The notes under the pieces: model-generated | Databases searched by the model: none | Told to the model about the DNA's origin: nothing | What the model saw: only the letters and a program-made list of their open reading frames with translations | Translations under genes and position numbers: made by a program | In this document: piece by piece, positions 1-9,700 of the stretch | Layout of the letters: each line of letters opens with the position of its first letter | Position numbering within the stretch: position 1 is the stretch's first letter | NCBI GenBank assembly: GCA_963813335.1 | Contig: CAWEYL010000001.1 | Span: 992,001 to 1,056,000 of the forward strand | Origin: an uncultured Chloroflexia bacterium | Lineage (GTDB): Bacteria > Chloroflexota > Limnocylindria > Limnocylindrales > CSP1-4 | Length of the DNA stretch: 64,000 nucleotides | Direction of reading: 5' to 3'

Positions 1-1008
1 CGAGCGCTCGAAGGCGGTCCGCCGCGCCCGGCGCTCGTGGAACCGGGCGCTGATCCGCTCGACGTCGGGCACCAGGTCGCGGCCGACCTCGTCCATCACG
101 TAGTCGCTGAACCCTTCGAGCAGGCTCATGACCGCCTGCGTCTCGCGGAACAGGGTCCGCTGCTCGTCCCCCATCAGCCGCTCCAGCCAGTGGCTGCCGT
201 CCAATTCGCCGCGCAGCGCGCGGCGCAGACCGCGCATGGCGTCGCGGCCGAGCCCGCGCGCATCGCCGCCGAAGAGCGCCAGCTGGCGCTCCAGGCGGGA
301 GGCGAGGTACGGGCGCAGCCAGGGGTGCGCCTCGAACTCGAAGGCGTGGGTCGTCTCGTGGAGGGCGATCCACGTCCGGAATGGCTCGAGCGGCACGCCG
401 AGGACCTTGGCGGTCTGGCGGATGTTCTCCTCGACGAACAGCAGGCGGCCGGGCGCCTGCTCCGCGGAGAGCAGGGCGACGTCGTACTGGCCGAGGACAC
501 GCTGGCCCAGGAACCCGAGGAGGTATCCGAGCTGCCGGCTCGTGACCCAGCGGTTGGCCAGCGCCATCGTCGCGGCGACGACGGTCCCGCCCTCGGGGAC
601 GATCTGGTCGAGCAGGTCGGCCTCGAGCTTGCCGATGAGCGACGCGAAGGTCGCGGTGTTGGCGCGGACCCAGCCGGCCCGGTCGACGACGCCGGAGCGC
701 TCGACGACGCCGGGGAGCTCCGTGCCCAGGGCGGTGGAGAGGGCCGGCACGATCCGCGCCATGGCCGCTTCGTAGGCGGGACCGGCCGCCTCGATCTCGG
801 CCCGGCCCAGGGCGCCCGGCGCGCGCGAGGAGCGGCCGATGGCGATGCGCTCCACCGTGGTCCAGTCGACGAGCCCGCGGCGCGCCGACCGCTCGGCCCG
901 CCGGCCGACGACGACAGCCGAAGCCGCGACCGCAGACCCGATCAGGAACCCGGCCTGCCAGACGCGGTCGTCGCGCCAGGACGGCCGGCGGTCCGCGTCG
1001 CCACTCAT
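1..1008 (-). CDS. Zinc-dependent metalloprotease, Zincin_2/DUF2342 family; 3' end runs off the window
   Basis: Manual translation from ATG at 1008, which overlaps the murI stop as ATGA: MSGDADRRPSW...LVDW...VLGQYD...WIALHETTHAFEF (HExxH)...MSLLEGFSDYVMD. Not in the ORF track because there is no stop in the window. Confidence 0.85.
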   Translation of the reverse strand, partial: MSGDADRRPSWRDDRVWQAGFLIGSAVAASAVVVGRRAERSARRGLVDWTTVERIAIGRSSRAPGALGRAEIEAAGPAYEAAMARIVPALSTALGTELPGVVERSGVVDRAGWVRANTATFASLIGKLEADLLDQIVPEGGTVVAATMALANRWVTSRQLGYLLGFLGQRVLGQYDVALLSAEQAPGRLLFVEENIRQTAKVLGVPLEPFRTWIALHETTHAFEFEAHPWLRPYLASRLERQLALFGGDARGLGRDAMRGLRRALRGELDGSHWLERLMGDEQRTLFRETQAVMSLLEGFSDYVMDEVGRDLVPDVERISARFHERRARRTAFERS

Positions 1009-1868
1009 CGGGCGGCGACCGCGAGGTCGATGGCGGTCACGTCCGGGAAGTCGGCACCGAACAGCCGCCCGGCCAGGTCGCCGAAGCGGACCGGGTCGCC
1101 GGTCGTCAGCTGCAGGTGGCTGGCCGCGGGTCCGCCGTCGGGCGCCTCCAGGCCGTTGATGTCGAGCAGCTCGGCGAGGGCCGACGCGGTCGACGCGGCC
1201 GAATCGACGATCGCGATCCGCGGTCCCACGACGGCCTCGATGAGCGGACGCAGCAGCGGGTAGTGGGTGCAGCCGAGCAGCAGGGTGTCGATCTCGGCGC
1301 CGGGCGGCCGCGGGAAGATGGACTCGCCGTCGGCGTCGCGCTCGCCGAGGAGCGGCGCGAGGGCGTCGCGGACCGTCGCCTCGGCCACGGGGCCGCGGAG
1401 CTCGCCCGCCTCGACCAGCGGCACGAGCGCCGGGGTCGCGTGCTCGTCGACCTCGATCGCGGGGTTCTCGTCCTTGATCGCCTCGAAGTAGGCGTGGCTG
1501 CGGATCGTCGCCGGCGTGGCGATGACCCCGACCCGGCGGACCCGGGTCGCGAGGGCGGCCGCGGAGGCGCCCGGGCGGATCACGCCGAGCACGGGCAGGT
1601 CGTAGCGCCGGCGGAGCGCGGTGAGGGCCACCGCCGTCGAGGTGTTGCAGGCGACGACGAGGGCCTTCACGTCGCGCTCCACGAGGGCGTCGAGGCATTG
1701 CGTCGAGAAGGCCAGCACCTCGTCGTCGGGGCGGACGCCGTAGGGGGCCCGGGCGTTGTCGCCCAGATAGACCGTGGACTCGGCCGGCGCCCGGCGCACG
1801 ATCTCGCGCAGGACGGTGAGGCCGCCCACCCCGGAATCGAACACCCCGATCGGCCGGGGATCGGACAT
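1005..1868 (-). CDS. murI: Glutamate racemase
   Basis: MSDPRPIGVFDSGVGGLTV...VVACNTST...LLGCTHYP: both catalytic Cys motifs present. It is the C-terminal part of ORF 1005..3392. Confidence 0.97.
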   Translation of the reverse strand: MSDPRPIGVFDSGVGGLTVLREIVRRAPAESTVYLGDNARAPYGVRPDDEVLAFSTQCLDALVERDVKALVVACNTSTAVALTALRRRYDLPVLGVIRPGASAAALATRVRRVGVIATPATIRSHAYFEAIKDENPAIEVDEHATPALVPLVEAGELRGPVAEATVRDALAPLLGERDADGESIFPRPPGAEIDTLLLGCTHYPLLRPLIEAVVGPRIAIVDSAASTASALAELLDINGLEAPDGGPAASHLQLTTGDPVRFGDLAGRLFGADFPDVTAIDLAVAAR

Positions 1869-1876
1869 CGGCCTGC

Positions 1877-3028
1877 CTAGCCGCGCCCGGCGACGGCGGC
1901 GGGACGCACCGAGCCGATGATCTCTGAGGCGACCCGCGCGATGTCCAGGCTGACCTCGGCGTCGGGGTTGGCGAGGACGAACGGCACGCCCTCGTTGTTC
2001 GACTGGACGACCAGCCGGCCGTCGGACACCACGCGGTGCTCGGGCGTCCGCCCGAGCGCCCGTTCGAGCGCGGCCGGGTCGATGCCGCCCGACGAGTCGG
2101 CGCGGTTGACGAGGTAGCGGACCTTGGACGCCGGGTAGCCGATCGCCCGGAACGTGTCGGCGACGGCCACCGTGTTGTGGATGGTCGTGGAGTCGTAGGT
2201 CACGATCTCGACGATCGTGTCGCTGGTGTCGAGGAACGCGAGGTTCAGGTCGTTGAGCACGCTCGACATGTCGATGACGATCACGCTGTAGACGCGGCGC
2301 AGCAGCGAGAGGACCTTCTCGACGTCGCGCGCGGTGATCATCTCGGCCATCTCGATGCGCGGCGGGGCGAGCAGGATGTCGATGCCAGATGGGTCGCGCC
2401 AGAGGACGTCGCCCAGGTCCGATTCGGCGATGCGGTCGGTCGGCAGGTCCGTGATGGACGGGGCGTCGGTCGGCACCTTGAGCAGCGCGCGCAGGTCGCC
2501 GAACTGGAGGCTGCCGTCGATGAGCACGGTGCGCTGGTCGAGCTGGCCCATCGCGACCGCGAGGTTGAAGGCGATGGTGGTCTTGCCCACGCCGCCCTTC
2601 GGGGCGAAGATCGAGATGATCCGCGTGGCACCGCCGGCGTTGGAGGCCTCGAACGTCTTGCGCACGTCGTTGATGACGTTGATGAGCTCGAAGCCCGAGA
2701 ACGGCATCGCCAGCACGCCGTGGACGCCGTGCTCCGGGTCGGGCTCCATCGGGTTCTGCGGGACGGTCAGGACGATGACCGGGACGCCGAGCTCGGCCTG
2801 CCGGATCTGGTCGACGAGGGCCGGGCCCTTGATCCGCCCCTGGAGCAGCGCATCGACCAGGACCACGTCCGGCCGGAGCTCCTGGATGTGCGGCAGGGCC
2901 TTCGCGCCGTCGGACAGGACGTCGAGCAGCTTGACCTTGGCCTGCGCGTTCAACAGGCCGCGGATGTACTGCGCGACCTGCGGCACGTCCTCGACGATGA
3001 GCAGGCGGGTCTGGTCGCTCGATGCCAT
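1877..3028 (-). CDS. Receiver domain plus MinD/CpaE(TadZ)-type ATPase
   Basis: N-terminal REC domain (LLIVED...VLVD), then deviant Walker A PKGGVGKTT, LQFGDL, VIVID and LVNR motifs. Confidence 0.85.
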   Translation of the reverse strand: MASSDQTRLLIVEDVPQVAQYIRGLLNAQAKVKLLDVLSDGAKALPHIQELRPDVVLVDALLQGRIKGPALVDQIRQAELGVPVIVLTVPQNPMEPDPEHGVHGVLAMPFSGFELINVINDVRKTFEASNAGGATRIISIFAPKGGVGKTTIAFNLAVAMGQLDQRTVLIDGSLQFGDLRALLKVPTDAPSITDLPTDRIAESDLGDVLWRDPSGIDILLAPPRIEMAEMITARDVEKVLSLLRRVYSVIVIDMSSVLNDLNLAFLDTSDTIVEIVTYDSTTIHNTVAVADTFRAIGYPASKVRYLVNRADSSGGIDPAALERALGRTPEHRVVSDGRLVVQSNNEGVPFVLANPDAEVSLDIARVASEIIGSVRPAAVAGRG

Positions 3029-3100
3029 CCGCTCGACGATACCATGCGGCCGTCTCGCGGGGCCTCCCACCCCGAAGTCCTCCCCACCACGCCAGACTGG

Positions 3101-3904
3101 CTACTCCCTGACCGCGATGAGGACCGCGCGTTCGCTGCCCGGACCGAGGGCCCCGAGCCCGTAGTCGCCGGCCAGCAGCTCGACGGTCAGGCCGGCATCC
3201 TCGGCGAACGAGGCGAGCTCCGCGGCCGAGACCAGGCGCATCACGTCGCGGCGGACCCAGCGCCGGACCGGCCCGCCCGGCGCGCCCGCCTCGAAGATGC
3301 TCGTCGAGACGATCGTCCCGGTGGCGGCGTCGTGCTGCGCCGAGCCGCTCTTCGTCACCACCTCGCCGGACTCCGGGTCCTGGCGCGGCCATTCGAGGAT
3401 GATGCGGCCGTCGTAGCGGGCGAGGTCGTCCGCGTCCGGGAGCCAGATGTCCACCGCCGCGACGCCGCCGGGGGCGAGGTGGTCGGCAAGCGTCTGGAGC
3501 GCCGCACGCTGGGCCTGCCGTGTGGGCAGGATCAGCAGCGAGTTGAGCCCGATGAAGGCGAGGCCGAAGCGCCCCGCGTCGGGCAGCCGGAGCCCGACCA
3601 GGTCGGCTTCCACGAACTCGATCCGGTCGCTGCCGTCCAGTCCGGCCGCGCTGGCGCGTCGCCGCGCCCGGTCGAGCATCGCGGGATCGAGGTCGACCGC
3701 GGTGACCCGGTCGCCCCGCGCGGCCAGCGGCACGGCCAGCCGGCCGGTGCCGGCAGCGAGCTCCAGGACCGGGCCCCCGGTCCGCTCCGCCAGCGCGACG
3801 TAAAGGTCGAGGTCGCCCGGGTCGTCGACCAGGTCCAGGTCGTAGTAGCGCGCGAGCGCGTCGGCCGTCGCGCGGTCGGGTCGCCAGGGGCCGCCGGCGT
3901 CGAT
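3101..3904 (-). CDS. Class I SAM-dependent methyltransferase; probable AUC start
   Basis: In-frame ARYYDLD...GPVLELAAGTGRL motif I lies upstream of the GTG at 3733 used by the ORF track. GGAGG-N8-ATC is at 3904. Confidence 0.85.
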   Translation of the reverse strand: MDAGGPWRPDRATADALARYYDLDLVDDPGDLDLYVALAERTGGPVLELAAGTGRLAVPLAARGDRVTAVDLDPAMLDRARRRASAAGLDGSDRIEFVEADLVGLRLPDAGRFGLAFIGLNSLLILPTRQAQRAALQTLADHLAPGGVAAVDIWLPDADDLARYDGRIILEWPRQDPESGEVVTKSGSAQHDAATGTIVSTSIFEAGAPGGPVRRWVRRDVMRLVSAAELASFAEDAGLTVELLAGDYGLGALGPGSERAVLIAVRE

Positions 3905-3907
3905 AGG

Positions 3908-4969
3908 TCAGCCCTCCCAGCGGACCGAGCGGCCGTCCGCGCGACGGAGCGCGAGCGCGCTGATGGCCTCGAGCGCCAGGCGGTTCGCCACCATGGCGGT
4001 GGTCTCCGCCTGGTCGTAGGGCGGCGAGACCTCGACGATGTCCATCCCCGCCAGGTCGACCGCGGCCACGATCTGGCGGACAGCCCGGAGCAGCTCGCGC
4101 GTGAGCATCCCGCCGGGCTCGGGGGTCCCGGTGCCGGGCGCCATGCCCGGGTCGACCACATCGATGTCGATCGAGAGGTAGATCAGGTCAGGCCCGTCGA
4201 GCGCCTCGGCGATGGCGTCGGCGATCACCGCCTCCGAGCCGCGCTCCTCGATCTCGCGCATGAAGTGCCAGCGCAAGCCGTGCGCCTGCATCCAGTCGAA
4301 GGTCTCCTGCGGGGGCCAGTAGCCGCGCAGCCCGACCTGGACGAAGTTCTTGCCGTCGATCGCGCCGGACTCGATCAGCCGGCGCATCGGCGCGCCGTGG
4401 CTGGCCAGGACGCCGAACGTGTCGTTCGCCGTGTCCGCGTGCGCGTCGAAGTGGACGATCCCGACGCGCTTGGGCGCGCGCACCTCGGCGACCGCCGTCG
4501 CGGCCGGCCAGGTGATCGAGTGGTCCCCGCCGAGGGTGATCGGGATCGCCCCGGTCTCGGCGACCTCGCGGACCTTGCGGTGGATCATCGCGTGGCCGCG
4601 CTCGATCCACGCCGGCACGATGTTCGCGTCGCCGGCATCGATGACCGTCAACACGTCGAACGGGTCGTTCCCCAGCTGCAGCGAGTGGATGCCCCCGGAC
4701 GTGTACTGCGCCTCGCGGATGGCCCGCGGGCCGAAGCGGGCGCCCGGGCGGTGGCTGACCGCGTCGTCGAACGGCGCGCCGATGATCGCGACGTCCGTGC
4801 CGCGCGCCCGGATCTCGGCCGGGTCGGTGACCCAGGGCAGCTTCATGAACGAGACCGGCCCGACGTAGGTCGGCAGGTCGAAGTCGGTGTACGTCGTGAA
4901 CTCGCCGTCCCAGCCGTTGCGGGACGCGAAGTCGGGCCGGGGACCCGGGTGGGGTGAGCGCTCGGTCAC
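3908..4969 (-). CDS. speB: Agmatinase / ureohydrolase family protein
   Basis: RPGARFGP, GGDHS, HFDAHAD, SIDIDVVDP and GTGTPEPGG motifs; GGAGG before the GTG start. The exact substrate (agmatine or guanidinobutyrate) is not resolved. Confidence 0.88.
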   Translation of the reverse strand: MTERSPHPGPRPDFASRNGWDGEFTTYTDFDLPTYVGPVSFMKLPWVTDPAEIRARGTDVAIIGAPFDDAVSHRPGARFGPRAIREAQYTSGGIHSLQLGNDPFDVLTVIDAGDANIVPAWIERGHAMIHRKVREVAETGAIPITLGGDHSITWPAATAVAEVRAPKRVGIVHFDAHADTANDTFGVLASHGAPMRRLIESGAIDGKNFVQVGLRGYWPPQETFDWMQAHGLRWHFMREIEERGSEAVIADAIAEALDGPDLIYLSIDIDVVDPGMAPGTGTPEPGGMLTRELLRAVRQIVAAVDLAGMDIVEVSPPYDQAETTAMVANRLALEAISALALRRADGRSVRWEG

Positions 4970-5089
4970 GAGGAACCTCCCGGAGACGGGCGCGGCGTCG
5001 GCCGCGTCGCAGGTCGACCGTCTCGCTGGGGGCGCCGCCGGTTCGAAGCCATCGTCCAGCGGGGCGCGCGGCGCGATGGTAGCACCGGC

Positions 5090-6304
5090 CTAGCGGCGCG
5101 GCGACGATTCCGAGAAGGCGCGCCACGCGGCTGCCACCAGCGCCGGGTCCGCGAAGAGCTCGTACGCCGTCTGGGCGACCAGGGTGGCGGCGAGGAGCGT
5201 GGTCTCGTCGGCCTGCGGGCCGATCGCCGCATCACGGAACAGGATCGAGTGGCCCGGGGTCCCCTCCGGCGCGATCGCCAGGTCCGGATGGATGGTCGGG
5301 CAGACCCAGCTGACGTTGGCCATGTCCGTGCTGCCGGCATTCTCGTCGTCGCCCTGGTCGGCGATCCCGTAGGCGGCCATGTTGGCCCGGAACCGCTCGG
5401 CGAGGACCGGGTTGTTGTTCATCGTCGACGCGCGGCCGGAGAAGGCGACCTCGACGGTCGTGCCGGTCGCGACCGCCGCGGCATCGCACAGGGCGCGGAA
5501 GCGGTCGCGCATGGTCTCGTAGTAGGCCTCGTCGTCGCTGCGGATCATGAACCAGGCGGTGGTCCGCTCCGGGATGATGTTCGCGGCGGTGCCGCCCTCG
5601 CGGATGATCCCGTGGACCCGTGCGGTCGGTCGGAGCTGCTGGCGCCACAGCCCGACCGAGCTGAACAGCAGGATCATCGCGTCGAGGGCGTTGCGGCCCA
5701 TCCACGGATCCGACGAGGCGTGCGCCTGGAGGCCGTGGAAGACGACGTCGACGTCCTCCGAGGCGAGCGGCCAGCTCTCGACGTGGTTGCGGTCGCACGG
5801 GTGGTACAGCAGCGCCGCGTCCAGGCCGGCCATGAGGCCGTCGTCGATCATGATCTGCTTGCCGCTCCCCCGCTCCTCCGCCGGCGTGCCGAGGAAGACG
5901 ATCTCACCGGGGAGCTGGTCGGCCATCGAGGCGAGCGCGATCGCCGCGCCGACCCCCGACGCGGCCATCGTGTTGTGGCCGCAGCCATGGCCGAGTCCGG
6001 GGAGCGCGTCGTATTCGGCGAGGATCCCGATCCGCGGCCCGTCGCCGGACCGCCCGCCGCGCCGGACCGCCCGGATCGCCGTGGCCAGGCTCCCGGCCGG
6101 GAACTCGACCTCGTACCCGTGCCGGGCGAGCGCCTCGGCCACTGCAGCGGCCGCGCGATGCTCCTCGAAGGCGGTCTCCGGGTCGGCGTGGATCCGGTGC
6201 GACAGGTCGAGGATCTCGCTGCGCGCCGCGTCGACGGCGGCCGCGAGGCGGGCCTTCTCGGCGGCATGGGGCTCGGCCGGGGTGGTGGCGGTCAGCGACG
6301 GCAA
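5090..6304 (-). CDS. M20 family amidohydrolase / peptidase
   Basis: HADPETAFEE, EYDALPGLGHGCGHN, GTPAEE and GSTD motifs. Confidence 0.92.
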   Translation of the reverse strand: MPSLTATTPAEPHAAEKARLAAAVDAARSEILDLSHRIHADPETAFEEHRAAAAVAEALARHGYEVEFPAGSLATAIRAVRRGGRSGDGPRIGILAEYDALPGLGHGCGHNTMAASGVGAAIALASMADQLPGEIVFLGTPAEERGSGKQIMIDDGLMAGLDAALLYHPCDRNHVESWPLASEDVDVVFHGLQAHASSDPWMGRNALDAMILLFSSVGLWRQQLRPTARVHGIIREGGTAANIIPERTTAWFMIRSDDEAYYETMRDRFRALCDAAAVATGTTVEVAFSGRASTMNNNPVLAERFRANMAAYGIADQGDDENAGSTDMANVSWVCPTIHPDLAIAPEGTPGHSILFRDAAIGPQADETTLLAATLVAQTAYELFADPALVAAAWRAFSESSPRR

Positions 6305-6379
6305 CGGGCGGTTCTCCGATGTGGTGGACGGCCGGGAGGGGAGCGGGCCGAGGGTAGCGCGCGACCGGGGATGACGCGG

Positions 6380-6755
6380 TCAGCGTTCCGCGGAGAGCGT
6401 CGATTTCGGCCACGACCGCCAGCACGATCATGAACAGTGCGATCGGCCATTCGAGGACGCCCTGCAGCCGGAGGACGACGAGGACGGTCGCGATGACCCC
6501 GACCCACGCCGCACGACGGATCGCCCTGGTCCAGTCGCCCTGGTAGGCGATGCGGCGGTGCCGGGCGAACACGGCGAGCCAGAAGATCGGGGCGAGGGTC
6601 AGGCCGATGGCGAGACCGATGAGGCCGGCGCCGACGAACCCTGCGCCCGGGTCCGCCAGCGGGTCGCGGGTGTCGAGCACGAGCCAGACCAGCAGCCAGA
6701 GGACCACGGCGGCGGCGAGGAACCCGAGGTTGGTCAGCCGGTCGCGTGCCTCCAT
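6380..6755 (-). CDS. Small membrane protein with about four TM helices; +1 frameshift near 6405
   Basis: MEARDRLTNLGFLAAAVVLWLLVWLV..., hydrophobic segments. Removing one A from gccgaaatcg gives ...AESTLSAER* with the stop at 6380. Confidence 0.7.
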
Positions 6756-6776
6756 CGCCCCCGAGTCTAGGGTCCG

Positions 6777-9700
6777 TCAGCGGGCGACGCTCGCCGGGCA
6801 GATATCGCGGAACGCGCAGTAGGTGCACGCGAGGTAGTCGGGCTTCGGCGTGTAGTCGCGGGCCCGCATCCCCGCGGCCGCCTCGGCGATCTTCTCCCTG
6901 GCCTTCGCGAGCCGCTTCGGGTCGAGCTCGACGCGTCCCACGAGCCCGGACTCGAGGAAGTGGAGGGCCACCGCGTCGGGCAGCCGGCCGGTCATGGCCT
7001 CGTAGCCCATGGCGTAGATCTGGAGCTGGAGCGAGTCGCGCGCCCGCTGGCGGGCCTTGGCTGGCTCGCGGACATCGGAGGACTTGTAGTCGGTGATCGT
7101 CACGCGCTCGCGGCCCAGCATCCCCAGCGTCGGCGAAACGACGTCGGCGGAGAAGGCGCCGTCGCCGCCGATCGGCGCCGTGGCGACGGTCGGCCCGTCC
7201 CCGACCGCCTCGACATCGACCCGGTCCCAGCGGCCGCGGACGCGGTCACCACCCAGGCTGAAGCTGAACTCGCGCTCGACGTAGGTCGGGATGACCGCGC
7301 CGGGCTCGAGCTGTGCCGCGCGGAACCGGCGCAACGCCTGTCGGCCGGCCTCGAGCCGGGCCTCCTCGTGGTCGCGGCTGACGAAGCCCTCGTTCGACCA
7401 GGCGGACTCGAACACCTCGTCGAGCTCGGCTTCGCTCATGACCTCCCCGCGCGCGTGGCGCTGGTGGAAGATCTGGACCGCGCGGTGCAATGCGGCGCCG
7501 TAGACGATCGCGTGGTGGGGCGCCAGCGGGACCCGCAGGACGTGCGCGTACTTGTACTTGAGCGGACAGGTCAGGTAATCGTCGATCTGGTAGAAGCTGA
7601 GCGACAACGGCTCGTCGATCCGCCCACGCGGCGGCTCCGGCCGGGTCGCGGCGGCGTCGAAGCCGGCCAGCCGCTGGGCCGGTGTCGCGGCCACGGCCCC
7701 TGCCCCGGGTGTCCCCGCGGCCGACGGCAGGTCGAGCGCCTCGAGCACGAATGGGGAGATCCGGCGGGCGCGCGCGCCGCCGTAGTCGGCGGCGTGCGAC
7801 AGGATCAGCTCGTCGCGCGCTCGCGTCATGGCCACATAGAACAAGCGCCGTTCCTCGGCGAGCGCGGACTCCGGCGTCGTCGGGCCACCCCGACCGAGTC
7901 CGGCCGGCAGCGCCAGCGGGTCGCCGCGACCGTTCAGCGGGAACCGCCCTGCGACGAGGCCCGGCAGGAACACCACGGGGAACTCCAGGCCCTTGGCCTT
8001 GTGGACGGTGAGGACCGCCACCGCGTCGAGGTCCGGGTCCAGGTCGGCCGTGGCCGGGTCGTCCCCGGCCTCGATGAGGGTCGCGAGGTGCGGGACGAGG
8101 AAGGCGACGCGGTCGTCGGCGAGCAGCGCCGACTGGTGGCGCACGATCTCGAAGAATCGCGCGATGTTGCCGAGCGCCTCCTCCGCGGCCGCGGTGTCCG
8201 TGGCGGTCAGGCGCGACAGCAGCCCGCTCCCGCGCAGGAAGGCATAGAGCAGCTCCCCGGTCGGGCGGTCGTGGGACAGCTCCGTGTAGGAGCGCAGGTC
8301 GGCGACCAGCTTCGCGACCGTGACTCGGGTCCCGGCCGAGACCCGCAGGATCCCCGGCTGCGCCAGCAGCTCCTCGAGGACGGCCCGGATCGAGCGGTTC
8401 CGCCGCCGGGCCGAGGTCACGATATCGGTGAGGTCCTCGCCGTCGATGTCGTAGACCTCGGACGCCGCCAGCGCGTACAGGTCGACGCTCGACCCGGGAT
8501 CCGCGACGGTCCGCAGGAAGGCCAGCAGCAGCCGGACCTCGGGCCGCGCGTAGAGCCCCGAGGTCCCCGAGAATCGCCAGGGGACGCCCGCCACGTTGAG
8601 CGCTCGCAGCTGCGCGTCCGCATGGCCGTTCGCACGAACGAGGATCGCGTGGTCGCGGGGCGCCGCCCCGGCCGCGATGCGGCGGCCGATCTCGGCCGCG
8701 ATCCAGTCCACCTCGTCGGCGGACGTGGCAAAGGCCTCGAGCCGGACGGGCGCCGGCGCGGGCGCGGTCCGCTCCGGCCGGAGGCGCTTGCTCACGCCGG
8801 CGCGGACCTCCAGGCGGTCCGGGTCGTTGAAGCGGACCAGGCGGTAGGCGGCGTCGAGGACCGGCGCGAGCGAGCGGTAGTTACGGCGCAGGACCACGGT
8901 CCGGGCCGACGCGTACCGGTCGCGGAACCCGAGGATGTTGTCGATGGCCGCGCCGCGGAAGGCGTAGATGGCCTGGTCGTCATCGCCGACCACGGCCACG
9001 TTGCGGTGCCCCTCGGCGAGCAGGCCCACGAGCTCCGCCTGCGCCCGGTTGGTGTCCTGGAACTCGTCCACGACGATGTAGCGGAACCGCCCCGCCACCG
9101 CCGTCCGCGCCGCCGGCGATCCGCGCAGGAGCCGGAGCGCGAGCGCCACCTGGTCCCCGAAGTCGATGCAGCCGTCGGCTGCGAGCAGGCGCTGGTAGGT
9201 CTCGTACGCGCGGGCGAGCTCGGCCTGCCGTCGCGCGGCCTCGAGCCCGCTTGCCGCCTCGACCGCATCCGGCCCGGCCGCGGCCGCCAGCGCGGCCGCC
9301 TCGGCGGCGACCCGGTCGGCGAACCCGAGGTAGTCCGCCGGGGCGATGTCCTCGTCCTTGCACCGGCTGAAGAGCGTGGCCAGCGCCGCGAGGAAGCGGG
9401 TCGGGTCGCCGAGCGGGCGATACAGGTCGAGGTCGAACTCGAACAGGTGCTCGCGCAGGAAGATCACGACCTCGGGACGCGACAGCACCCGGACGTCGGT
9501 CGGCAGGCCGAGCTCGAGCGCGTAGTCGCGGATGAGCGAGTCGCCGAAGGCATGGAACGTGGAGATCGCCGTGTCCGTGTAGCCATACGGCACGAGCTGG
9601 TCGACGCGGAGCGCCATCTCCTCGGCCGCCTTGTCGGTGAAGGTCAGCGCGAGGACCTCCGACGGTCGCGCCCGCCGCGTCGCGACCAGCCAGGCGATCC

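Noticed and set aside
3860-3910. Selenocysteine recoding of the agmatinase TGA
   Set aside because: The position is an interdomain junction, not a Cys-equivalent catalytic site. The downstream hairpin is unremarkable at this GC content, and an SD-led AUC start explains the frame.
3908-4969. Guanidine hydrolase (GdmH) assignment
   Set aside because: It has GTGTPEPGG rather than the Trp-containing variant I associate with GdmH, so it is kept as agmatinase-like.
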